This document shows positions 45,767-54,639 of a stretch of DNA of 64,000 nt, one piece after another. The translations under genes and the position numbers were made by a program. The DNA comes from an uncultured Clostridia bacterium (lineage in GTDB: Bacteria; Bacillota; Clostridia; Oscillospirales; UBA644), in the NCBI GenBank assembly GCA_944382895.1, contig CALWNV010000001.1, forward strand, positions 849 to 64,848, read 5' to 3'. Under the pieces are notes generated by a model. The model saw nothing but the letters and a program-made list of their open reading frames with translations. It had not been told where the DNA came from and made no database searches. Every line of letters begins with the position of its first letter. The first letter of the stretch is position 1.

Positions 45767-47101
45767 TTATTCCTCCGGAATATATATAAAATCACTGACT
45801 GTGCGACCGCCTTTATACGGAGAATTTGCAAGCTTTCCATCCCATGTTAGCACAGAACTTTGTCCGCCGTCAAGGTTATACGCGACCTTGCAGCCAAGCT
45901 CCGCAAACAATTCGGAAATCTCTTCCATCCTCAAGCCTTCCGAATACCCGGATTGCCTTCCGTCAACAACAACTATACAATAATGTCCCGGTTCGTAATA
46001 TCCGACCGCGCTTCTCGGGTTTGATGGTATAACTTTTGAGTTAAAACTCGTCTTAGAAACTCCGGAATCAAGAAGCTCAGGACCGAAAGACCATGCCTGC
46101 CATATTCCGCCGTGCTGAGCCTGAACCGTATCAAAATCAAACTCCGAAGCCTCAAAAGTCTCCATAACACCGTCATTCCATAAAACAAGGACATCCTCAT
46201 ATAAGTCGCCTCTGTAATACACGCCGTTACGGACAACAACCCCAACCGCTCGAGCACCGTAATAATCACCGTTCACAGCAAGAATCGCATTTTTTTGCTG
46301 TGAAAAATCCTCTATATCCTGAGAGTAACCTCTGCCATAGGTGTCTTTTGCAAATCCAGTACGGAAATACTCAACCCTGCTTACATATATATCCGCGACA
46401 AAAAAAGAAATCTGTTTACCGTTTACCGTTTTCCGGACATTTTCAAGCTTTACATTTACATTTTGACTGATATACGTATTCTCAGTCTTTACAATCTCGC
46501 CCCCCGTAAATTTATCAGAAAATTTCCGGGAAAAGTCCCCATCGGAAACTTCAGGCGTCTCCGTTTCCGTTCCGTCTGTAATTTTTACAACAACGGGCTT
46601 TCCGTCTATTGAAACAAAGTTTCCGGACTCCGCCACGAACTTCGCCGGAGAATCAGAAAGCTTACCAATTATCCTGAACTCACACGAAAACAGTTTTTCT
46701 CCGGGAGAAGAAAAAGAAAACACAAGTCTGCCGTCTTCAGGAGAGAAAGAAACTCCCTCTTCCGCCGAACAATCAATGTATTCCAAAGTATCTGAGGTAT
46801 AAATCATTTCAAACTCACCGTCTGAAAGGTTTGCACCGTTTTTCAGAAAACCCTCCGCTATAAAATTCTCTTTGTTCTCGGAAAGAGAAGTTTGCAAAAC
46901 CAGAGTTATAGTGTAAACATCGGATTGTCCCGGATTTTTTTCAAGAGCAACACCTGCTCCGCCCGACTGAGGAAGCACATGATGGAAAAATGAAAAAATC
47001 ACAAGACCTATACCCGCTAAGACAATATCAAAAACAATTATTGCCAATATTCTCTCAATATTTCTTTTATATCGTTTTTTTTCGCGCCGTCTTTTTACCA
47101 T
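45767..47101 (-). CDS. Phosphodiester glycosidase family protein (DUF2233/NAGPA-like), membrane-anchored
   Basis: N-terminal TM anchor. The C-terminal domain carries AVNGDYYG ... GPELL ... AYNLDGGQSS motifs. The middle beta-rich domain is possibly cohesin-like. Confidence 0.7.
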   Translation of the reverse strand: MVKRRREKKRYKRNIERILAIIVFDIVLAGIGLVIFSFFHHVLPQSGGAGVALEKNPGQSDVYTITLVLQTSLSENKENFIAEGFLKNGANLSDGEFEMIYTSDTLEYIDCSAEEGVSFSPEDGRLVFSFSSPGEKLFSCEFRIIGKLSDSPAKFVAESGNFVSIDGKPVVVKITDGTETETPEVSDGDFSRKFSDKFTGGEIVKTENTYISQNVNVKLENVRKTVNGKQISFFVADIYVSRVEYFRTGFAKDTYGRGYSQDIEDFSQQKNAILAVNGDYYGARAVGVVVRNGVYYRGDLYEDVLVLWNDGVMETFEASEFDFDTVQAQHGGIWQAWSFGPELLDSGVSKTSFNSKVIPSNPRSAVGYYEPGHYCIVVVDGRQSGYSEGLRMEEISELFAELGCKVAYNLDGGQSSVLTWDGKLANSPYKGGRTVSDFIYIPEE

Positions 47102-47131
47102 TACTTCCTCCGGATACTCTTTTGTTTTATA

Positions 47132-49468
47132 TTACTCACTTTTACGCATTTTCATTTCAAGCCACTGCTCTTTTGTCAAAAGAACGGCCCGTGGTTTACT
47201 TCCCTGATAAGGACCGACGATCCCTCTTTGCTCCATCACGTCTATAAGCCGGGCAGCACGTGCATATCCCAACCCGACACGCCGTTGAAGCATAGTTGTA
47301 GAGGCTTGTCCCATCTCAACGACAACCTCGATTGCTTTATCAAGCATTTCATCCTCGTGTCCGTCAGAGCTTCCGTCCTCACCCGATACAACGCCCCTTG
47401 TGCCTTTTTGCTGTTGTTCTCTTACCGCTTTTTCTATTTTTTCCATAATTTCTTCATCATACTCATTTACATCCGCATTCTCTTTTACGGCTTCCACAAC
47501 CCTTTCAACTTCCTTGTCACTTACAAAACAACCCTGCACACGCAAAGGTTTTACCGCTCCTAAAGGATCGTAAAGCATATCTCCTTTTCCCACAAGTTTT
47601 TCTGCGCCGACCTCGTCAAGAATGATACGGGAATTTATTCCGCTTGAAACGGCAAGCGCTATACGTGAAGGGATATTGGCCTTGATTATCCCTGTAACGA
47701 CCTCAGCAGACGGACGTTGTGTCGCAACAACAAGATGCATCCCCGCTGCGCGAGCCATCTGTGCAAGACGGCAAACAGCATCCTCTACTTCCTTAGGAGA
47801 AGCCATCATAAGATCAGAAAGCTCATCAATCACTATTACTATCTGAGGCAGTTTCTTCTCACCCGGATCAAGATTCCTGTTATAACCGTTAAAATCCCTG
47901 ACTCCCTTTTCAGCAAACAGCTGATACCTCGAAAGCATCTCAGAAACCGCCCAACTAAGTGCGCCAGCGGCTTTCTTCGCATCAGTAACAACAGGAATAA
48001 GCAAATGCGGAAGCCCTTTATAAACAGTAAACTCAACCATTTTAGGGTCCACAAGTATCAGCTTGACATCTTCAGGTCCCGCTTTATAAAGAAAACTTAT
48101 AAGTATTGAGTTTATACAAACAGACTTTCCTGTTCCGGTCGTTCCCGCAATAAGAAGATGCGGCATTTTCGCAATATCAATCACGATGTTTTCTCCGCTT
48201 ATATCTTTTCCTAAGGCTGCGGTGATCTTGCTTTCGCTTTCTTTGAACTCGCGGCTGTCCAAAACTTCTCGCAAATAAACTGTTTGCTGCGTTTGATTGG
48301 GAACTTCTATACCAATAGCCTCTTTTCCCGGAATAGGAGCTTCTATCCTGACACCTTTCGCGGCAAGATTAAGAGCTATGTCATCAGAAAGATTCGTTAT
48401 TTTACTTATTTTTACACCCCGCCCGGGCTCTAATTCATAACGTGTAACAGTCGGACCGCGAGAAACATGCGTAATCCGCGTCTCCACTCCGAAGCTCATC
48501 AACGCGTCTGTAAGCTTTTCTCCCATACGAACAAGCTCTTCTTTTGCGGCAACCGTGTTCGTATGTTTGGGTTCCTTCAAAAGATCAAGCGAAGGAAAAA
48601 CATATTCCCGAATTTGTTTCTCTGAATTTTCTGAAATTTCCCCGGCAATTTCCGCTTTTGCCTCCGCAATATCTTCTTTTGTTATAATCTCTTCCTTTTC
48701 AGAAGATGTCAGATTTGTAGTAAAAGAAAGATCCGTATCATATTTGTCTGCAATTTCATCAATTTGTCTCTTAAACTCATCGGTATCTTCCTCCGAAATA
48801 TCTGTAAACTTAACCGGGCGTACAGAGGCTTTTACTTCTTTTTCGGATATTCGTTCTTCTTTTTCTTTTATTCGCTGTTCACGTTTTTCACGACGTTGTT
48901 CCGGTGTTCCTATAAAATCAGAAAACGTAAATCCGGTCGCCAAAACGACTATAACTATCATTACCGTAAAAACTATTATACCCGCGCCTACTGCCGTTGC
49001 AAGAGAAGTAAGGGGAAGAGCAATCGCTCCTCCGAGGATACCTCCTGAAGCAAGCTTTGCCCCGTTAAAATACAGATCTGAAATAATTTTGGAAAACTCT
49101 GCGCCTTCTTCTGCCCCATGAGGCATTGTACATATATTGATAAAAACTGCAAGCAATAAAACAAAAGCACAGGAAAGCCATATTTTTATCGATCGTTTTT
49201 CCTGTCCGAGAATAATGATCACGCCTATATACACAATTACTATAGGAACAGCAATTGCCGCGCCTCCGAAAAGACCGAACAAAAAAGAAGTAGTCCAGGC
49301 ACACAGAGGAGCGCTTTCCGCCGCGACAAAAAACACCACTATACAAAGAGCGACAGCAAAAAGAGAAATCGCCCATACCGTATCCCGGACATTTTTATTA
49401 ACAGCCGAGGTTTTTGTTTTTGAAGATGCCGATGAAACTTTTTTTGAAGTTGTTCTTCTTGTCGCCAT
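47132..49468 (-). CDS. ftsK: DNA translocase FtsK/SpoIIIE
   Basis: N-terminal 4-TM domain, an acidic linker, a motor domain with Walker A GTTGTGKS, and a C-terminal gamma winged-helix domain (LQRRVGLGYARAARLID). Confidence 0.92.
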   Translation of the reverse strand: MATRRTTSKKVSSASSKTKTSAVNKNVRDTVWAISLFAVALCIVVFFVAAESAPLCAWTTSFLFGLFGGAAIAVPIVIVYIGVIIILGQEKRSIKIWLSCAFVLLLAVFINICTMPHGAEEGAEFSKIISDLYFNGAKLASGGILGGAIALPLTSLATAVGAGIIVFTVMIVIVVLATGFTFSDFIGTPEQRREKREQRIKEKEERISEKEVKASVRPVKFTDISEEDTDEFKRQIDEIADKYDTDLSFTTNLTSSEKEEIITKEDIAEAKAEIAGEISENSEKQIREYVFPSLDLLKEPKHTNTVAAKEELVRMGEKLTDALMSFGVETRITHVSRGPTVTRYELEPGRGVKISKITNLSDDIALNLAAKGVRIEAPIPGKEAIGIEVPNQTQQTVYLREVLDSREFKESESKITAALGKDISGENIVIDIAKMPHLLIAGTTGTGKSVCINSILISFLYKAGPEDVKLILVDPKMVEFTVYKGLPHLLIPVVTDAKKAAGALSWAVSEMLSRYQLFAEKGVRDFNGYNRNLDPGEKKLPQIVIVIDELSDLMMASPKEVEDAVCRLAQMARAAGMHLVVATQRPSAEVVTGIIKANIPSRIALAVSSGINSRIILDEVGAEKLVGKGDMLYDPLGAVKPLRVQGCFVSDKEVERVVEAVKENADVNEYDEEIMEKIEKAVREQQQKGTRGVVSGEDGSSDGHEDEMLDKAIEVVVEMGQASTTMLQRRVGLGYARAARLIDVMEQRGIVGPYQGSKPRAVLLTKEQWLEMKMRKSE

Positions 49469-49517
49469 ATTTATTCCTTTCCATAAAAATCATTTTACGG
49501 TAAAAACATTTATCAGT

Positions 49518-50378
49518 CTAAACAACAGATAAAACTAAGGAAGCCAAACCGAAAATCACGCTTATTGCCGCAAAAATATACATCTTCCGTTTTTCGACAA
49601 GCTTCTTTATAATAGTTACAAAAACAAGCCCTATGCCAAAAGAAATAACCATGCCAAAAAGGCCGTATGGAATATCCGCGATATCAGCGTTTTGGACAAT
49701 TCCCCGAATGAGAGAAACTATGGCATCAGCTAAAAACAAAGGAACAGAAAGAAAAAACGCATATTCAACACAGAACGTACGTTTGAAATGGTTTCGTATG
49801 CAAACAGTAGCAGAAACACAAGGGGAAGAGACCCCCGGAACAATACCGACAATACAGCCAAGCCACGCAAAAAATGCGTTCATGACCGACAGCTTATATG
49901 TATGCCGTGAAGAATTTTTTTCCCTGTCCGAAAAAAAATATATAACAGCCGATAATATAAAAAATATACCCCAGAAAAGTTCTGGCTTTTCTTTTTCACC
50001 ATATAGAAAAGAAAAAATCAAAGAAACTGCAATCGACGGGAGGATAGAAACAATAACAGACAAAGCTATTTTCTGATCCGTTCTTGCCTGAACCCAAACA
50101 AATTCTCCCCGGAAAATCCTCATAAAAACCAAACGCATTGCCAAAAGAAGCTCCGAAATCCTTTTTCTGAAAACAAAAATAACAGAAAAAACCGTACCCA
50201 TTTGCAAAAAAAACAAAACATACGGATTGGCAGAAGCCAAAATATCTATACCGATTAACTTTTGAAGAAACGAAAGCCTGGACTGTAGCGGGATAGGGGA
50301 AAACAGTCCAGAACCCTGCGCTATGCCCAAAACAACAATTCTGATAACCTGAAGAACGAAATAATTCGCCTCCGCCAC
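49518..50378 (-). CDS. UppP/BacA (undecaprenyl-diphosphatase) homologue with a degenerate active site
   Basis: GTG start at 50378 after RBS AAGGAGGG. Colinear with UppP (VLGIAQG..., LQMGTVFSVIFVFRKR, VPGVSS..., FFLSVP), but the catalytic E/SS/H/R positions are substituted. Confidence 0.6.
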   Translation of the reverse strand: MAEANYFVLQVIRIVVLGIAQGSGLFSPIPLQSRLSFLQKLIGIDILASANPYVLFFLQMGTVFSVIFVFRKRISELLLAMRLVFMRIFRGEFVWVQARTDQKIALSVIVSILPSIAVSLIFSFLYGEKEKPELFWGIFFILSAVIYFFSDREKNSSRHTYKLSVMNAFFAWLGCIVGIVPGVSSPCVSATVCIRNHFKRTFCVEYAFFLSVPLFLADAIVSLIRGIVQNADIADIPYGLFGMVISFGIGLVFVTIIKKLVEKRKMYIFAAISVIFGLASLVLSVV

Positions 50379-50479
50379 AGACAGTCCCTCCTTTTTATAT
50401 GAAGGATTCCCGGGGTTTATCAAAAACCACTTTTACTTATTACGGCAACTTCCGGGTTAAAATACTTGTTATTAAAAAT

Positions 50480-51907
50480 TTATACTGTAAGTTCCGCACC
50501 TTTTTCGATGGCTTGTCCTTTTAATCTCGGATAAACATCATTTTTCAAAAACTTTTCAACTTGCTCTGCACTTCTTCCCGTATATAAAACAGGATCAAGC
50601 TTTTGCCTGATTTCTTCCTCAGAAAGACCGAAAGAAGGATCTGAAGCTATCCGGTCAATAAGATCATTGTCAAGCCCCTCTTCTTTGATCCTTGCAGAAG
50701 CGGCCAGACTATGCTGTCTTATTTTTTCATGAAGCTCTTGGCGATCCCCTCCCTTTTTTACCGCTTCCATCATAAAATTCTCGGTTTCAATAAACGGCAG
50801 CTCGGCCATTACTCTTTTATTTATTATTTTAGGATATACTACAAGCCCGTCCGTAACATTTATATATATGTTAAGGATCGCGTCAATTCCCAAAAACGCC
50901 TCCGCAACAGAAATCCTTTTATTGGCGCTGTCGTCAAGAGTTCTTTCAAACCATTGTGTGGCCGCCGTAAACGCGGGGTTTACAGCGTCTGCAATCACAT
51001 ATCTTGCAAGTGCGCATATTCTCTCGCACCGCATGGGGTTGCGTTTATACGGCATCGCAGAAGAACCTATCTGGTTTTTCTCAAAAGGTTCCTCCATCTC
51101 TTTGAAATTAGCAAGGATCCTTATATCCCCAGCAAATTTATATGCAGATTGGGCAATACCGGAAAGCGTCGCAAGAAGTTGAGAATCAACCTTACGGCTA
51201 TATGTCTGTCCGGAAACAGGAACGACCCCTTCAAATCCCATTTCCTCAGCTATCATTTTCTCCAGCTGATCTATTTTTTCTGTGTTCCCCTCAAAAAGTT
51301 CAACAAAGCTTGCCTGTGTTCCTGTTGTACCTTTCTGACCTAAAAGCCTGAGCGAAGAAAGTCTGAAATCTATCTCGTCAAGATCATATAAAAGCTCGTT
51401 TATCCAAAGAGTTGCCCTTTTTCCTACCGTAGTAAGCTGGGCTGGCTGCAGATGCGTATACGCCAGACACGGGAGAGCTTTGTATTTATCTGCAAACTCC
51501 GCCAACTGGGAAACAACGGTCAAAAGTTTTTTACGTATAAGTAAAAGACCCTGCCTCATAACGATCAGATCGGTATTATCTCCTACATAACAAGACGTTG
51601 CCCCCAAATGGATTATAGGCTTTGCTTTTTTCGCTTGTTCTCCATAAGCATATACATGACTCATCACATCATGTCTTACTTCTTTTTCTCTTTTTTCGGC
51701 AACATCATAATTTATATCATCTTTAAATTTTTCCAGCTCCGCAATCTGTTCGTCAGTGATATCCAAACCAAGTTGTTTTTCCGCGCGAGCAAGAGCTATC
51801 CACAATTTTCGCCATGTCTTGAATTTATTATCCGCCGAAAAAATATACTGCATTTCCCGGCTTGCATATCTTGTTGAAAAGGGACTTTCATATGATGAAC
51901 GGCTCAT
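50480..51907 (-). CDS. purB: Adenylosuccinate lyase
   Basis: 475 aa. Fumarate-lyase signature GSSAMPYKRNP; N-terminal YESPFSTRYAS. Confidence 0.92.
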   Translation of the reverse strand: MSRSSYESPFSTRYASREMQYIFSADNKFKTWRKLWIALARAEKQLGLDITDEQIAELEKFKDDINYDVAEKREKEVRHDVMSHVYAYGEQAKKAKPIIHLGATSCYVGDNTDLIVMRQGLLLIRKKLLTVVSQLAEFADKYKALPCLAYTHLQPAQLTTVGKRATLWINELLYDLDEIDFRLSSLRLLGQKGTTGTQASFVELFEGNTEKIDQLEKMIAEEMGFEGVVPVSGQTYSRKVDSQLLATLSGIAQSAYKFAGDIRILANFKEMEEPFEKNQIGSSAMPYKRNPMRCERICALARYVIADAVNPAFTAATQWFERTLDDSANKRISVAEAFLGIDAILNIYINVTDGLVVYPKIINKRVMAELPFIETENFMMEAVKKGGDRQELHEKIRQHSLAASARIKEEGLDNDLIDRIASDPSFGLSEEEIRQKLDPVLYTGRSAEQVEKFLKNDVYPRLKGQAIEKGAELTV

Positions 51908-53151
51908 TTGTTTTCTCCTTGTTTTTTCTCAGCAACAGCAATTTTAACGCAAATACATAAAAGCTCTGTGGCTGTCTTGAGTTCTTCGATCGGCGGATAT
52001 GTAGGAGCTATTCTTATATTCCGGTCGTCCGGATCGTTACGATACGGAAAAGTTGCTCCAGCTCCGGTCAAAACAACACCTGCGTCTTTCATTAAAGCAA
52101 CTGTCCGCTTAGCACAACCTGAAGGGACATTAAGCGATATGAAATACCCTCCTCTCGGACTATGCCATGAAGCAATGCCCGTAAGCTCGTTTTCAAGTTC
52201 TGTCAGAACTGCCTCAAACCTCGGTTTTATTATTTCCGCATGTTTTTTCATATAAGCACGGAGTCCGTCCGCGTTTTTGAAATATCGCGCATGACGAAGC
52301 TGGTTTAATTTATCTGGACCTATCGTTTGGAAAAAAAGCTGTTTTTTTATAAATTCAATATTATTTACACTTGCAGCCATACAACTTACGCCCGCACCAG
52401 GATATGACACTTTGGAAGTCGAACAAAACATATATATCTTGTCCTCATTCCCGTATTTTTTTGCCTCTTCCAAAATATTGAGAAGATCATCACCTTCAGA
52501 ATCCAAATCATGTAGCGCATAAGCATTATCCCAAAATATCCTGAAATCTGAAGCGGCGGTTTTTATTGCGGCAAGGCGGCGGACTTTTTCATCTGAATAC
52601 GTTATTCCATCAGGATTACTATATTTCGGAACACACCATAACCCTTTTACCGTCTCGTCTTTTGCCGCAAATTTTTCTATCATGTCCACATCAGGACCAT
52701 CGTCAAGCATGGGTATACATATCATATTGATCCCAAAAGATTCCGTAACGGAAAAATGACGATCATAACCCGGAACTACACATAAAAAAGAAATCCTATC
52801 ATATTTAGACCACGGTTTTTCCGAACCCAAAACCCCGAAAAGCATTGCTCTTGCGACACTGTCATACATCATATTCAGACTGCTGTTTCCTCCGACAATA
52901 ATCTCGTTTTCGGAAACTTCCAAAAGATCCGCAAATATCCGTTTCATTTCAGGAATTCCGTCAAGAAGCCCGTAATTACGGTAATCTATCCCGTTTTCCC
53001 CAAAACAATCCTCATTATGGCTGAGAGCTGTCAATAGACCTTCCGAAATATCAAGCTGTTCTTTACAAGGTTTCCCACGTGACATATCAAGCTTAAGATT
53101 TCTTTGCTTAAATTCGTTATATCTTCCCCAAAGCTCGTTTAGTTCTTCCAC
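51904..53151 (-). CDS. PLP-dependent aminotransferase, class I/II fold (putative aspartate aminotransferase type)
   Basis: GTG start. MSRGKP...QLD N-terminal motif, PLP-lysine region CSTSKVSYPGAGV, and a C-terminal RIAPTYP. Confidence 0.75.
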   Translation of the reverse strand: MEELNELWGRYNEFKQRNLKLDMSRGKPCKEQLDISEGLLTALSHNEDCFGENGIDYRNYGLLDGIPEMKRIFADLLEVSENEIIVGGNSSLNMMYDSVARAMLFGVLGSEKPWSKYDRISFLCVVPGYDRHFSVTESFGINMICIPMLDDGPDVDMIEKFAAKDETVKGLWCVPKYSNPDGITYSDEKVRRLAAIKTAASDFRIFWDNAYALHDLDSEGDDLLNILEEAKKYGNEDKIYMFCSTSKVSYPGAGVSCMAASVNNIEFIKKQLFFQTIGPDKLNQLRHARYFKNADGLRAYMKKHAEIIKPRFEAVLTELENELTGIASWHSPRGGYFISLNVPSGCAKRTVALMKDAGVVLTGAGATFPYRNDPDDRNIRIAPTYPPIEELKTATELLCICVKIAVAEKKQGENK

Positions 53152-53208
53152 AAAAAGCGCTCCCCTAACTCAATCCTTTTTATATAAATATTCATGATAA
53201 TTTTTTTA

Positions 53209-54603
53209 TTAAAATTCAGCAGTCCCCACTGTTCTCGGAAACGGAAGAACATCTCTTATATTTGACATTCCTGTAAGATACATTATCAAGCGCTCAAAAC
53301 CGAGACCAAAACCGGCATGTTTACATCCTCCGTATCTTCTAAGATCTACATACCACCGGTAAGCTTCCGGATCAAGACCAAACCGAGACATAGCCGCAAG
53401 AAGATATTCTTCTCTTTCCTCTCTCTGACTGCCACCGATAATCTCTCCTATCCCTGGAACAAGAAGATCCATTGCGGCAACAGTTTTTTTATCGTCATTA
53501 AGTCGCATATAAAAAGCTTTTATCTCTTTCGGATAATCCGTAACAAAAACAGGACCTCCGTATATTTTTTCGGTCAAATATTTTTCATGCTCTGTCTGAA
53601 GATCGCAACCCCAATAAACCGGAAACTCAAAATTTCCCTTATTTTTCTCAAGAATTTTTATTGCCTGTGTATACGTAACCTCCGAAACCTCTGCCGAAAC
53701 AACATTTTCAAGACGAGAAAGCAACCCTTTATCAACAAAGGAATTAAAAAAGTTCAACTCTTCAGGACAAGTTTCCATAACATCTTTTATAACATATTTC
53801 AACATATCCGATGCTAAACACATATCGTCTTGCAAATCAGCAAAAGCAATCTCTGGCTCTATCATCCAAAATTCCGCCGCGTGGCGCGCAGTATTGGATT
53901 TTTCCGCACGAAAAGTCGGGCCGAAAGTATATACACGACTAAAAGCCATCGCGTATGTCTCCGCTTCAAGCTGTCCTGAAACAGTCAAATTGGTCTGTTT
54001 CCCAAAAAAATCTTCAGAAAAATCCACTGCTCCGGAATCTGTCAAAGGAGGGGTTTTAGGGTCAAGGGTTGTGACCCTGAACATTTCCCCAGCACCCTCA
54101 CAATCACTTGCCGTTATGATAGGCGTGTGAACATATATAAAATTTCTCTCATTAAAAAATTTATGGATGGCAAACGCCGCAGCCGAACGAACACGAAACA
54201 CTGCGGAAAAAGTATTCGTTCTCGGCCTTAAGTGTGCGATCTCTCGTAAAAACTCAAAAGAATGCCTTTTTTTCTGAAGCGGATATTCGGGAACCGAAGA
54301 ACCGAGCACTTCTATTTTTTTTGCCTTTACTTCGAAAGGTTGCTTCATTTCAGGAGTGAGGATCAAAATACCCTCAACAAAAATCGAGGCTCCTACATTG
54401 AGCTTTGAAATTTGCTTGAAATTATCTATTTTCCCTTCCTCAAAAACTATCTGACAAGACGAAAAACAACTCCCGTCATTAAGTTCAATAAAGCCAAACA
54501 TTTTGCTATCACGCAAGGTTTTCACCCAGCCACACACCGAAACTTCTTTTTCCGAAAATTTTTCAGCCCCGGAATAAAGATCTTTTATCTGAAGACGCTG
54601 CAT
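53209..54603 (-). CDS. asnS: Asparagine--tRNA ligase
   Basis: Class IIb architecture: an N-terminal OB fold, then motifs [21 protein letters not shown] and [15 protein letters not shown]. Confidence 0.92.
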   Translation of the reverse strand: MQRLQIKDLYSGAEKFSEKEVSVCGWVKTLRDSKMFGFIELNDGSCFSSCQIVFEEGKIDNFKQISKLNVGASIFVEGILILTPEMKQPFEVKAKKIEVLGSSVPEYPLQKKRHSFEFLREIAHLRPRTNTFSAVFRVRSAAAFAIHKFFNERNFIYVHTPIITASDCEGAGEMFRVTTLDPKTPPLTDSGAVDFSEDFFGKQTNLTVSGQLEAETYAMAFSRVYTFGPTFRAEKSNTARHAAEFWMIEPEIAFADLQDDMCLASDMLKYVIKDVMETCPEELNFFNSFVDKGLLSRLENVVSAEVSEVTYTQAIKILEKNKGNFEFPVYWGCDLQTEHEKYLTEKIYGGPVFVTDYPKEIKAFYMRLNDDKKTVAAMDLLVPGIGEIIGGSQREEREEYLLAAMSRFGLDPEAYRWYVDLRRYGGCKHAGFGLGFERLIMYLTGMSNIRDVLPFPRTVGTAEF

Positions 54604-54639
54604 AAAACATATCCTTCCTTTAATAAATTCCGTAAATAT

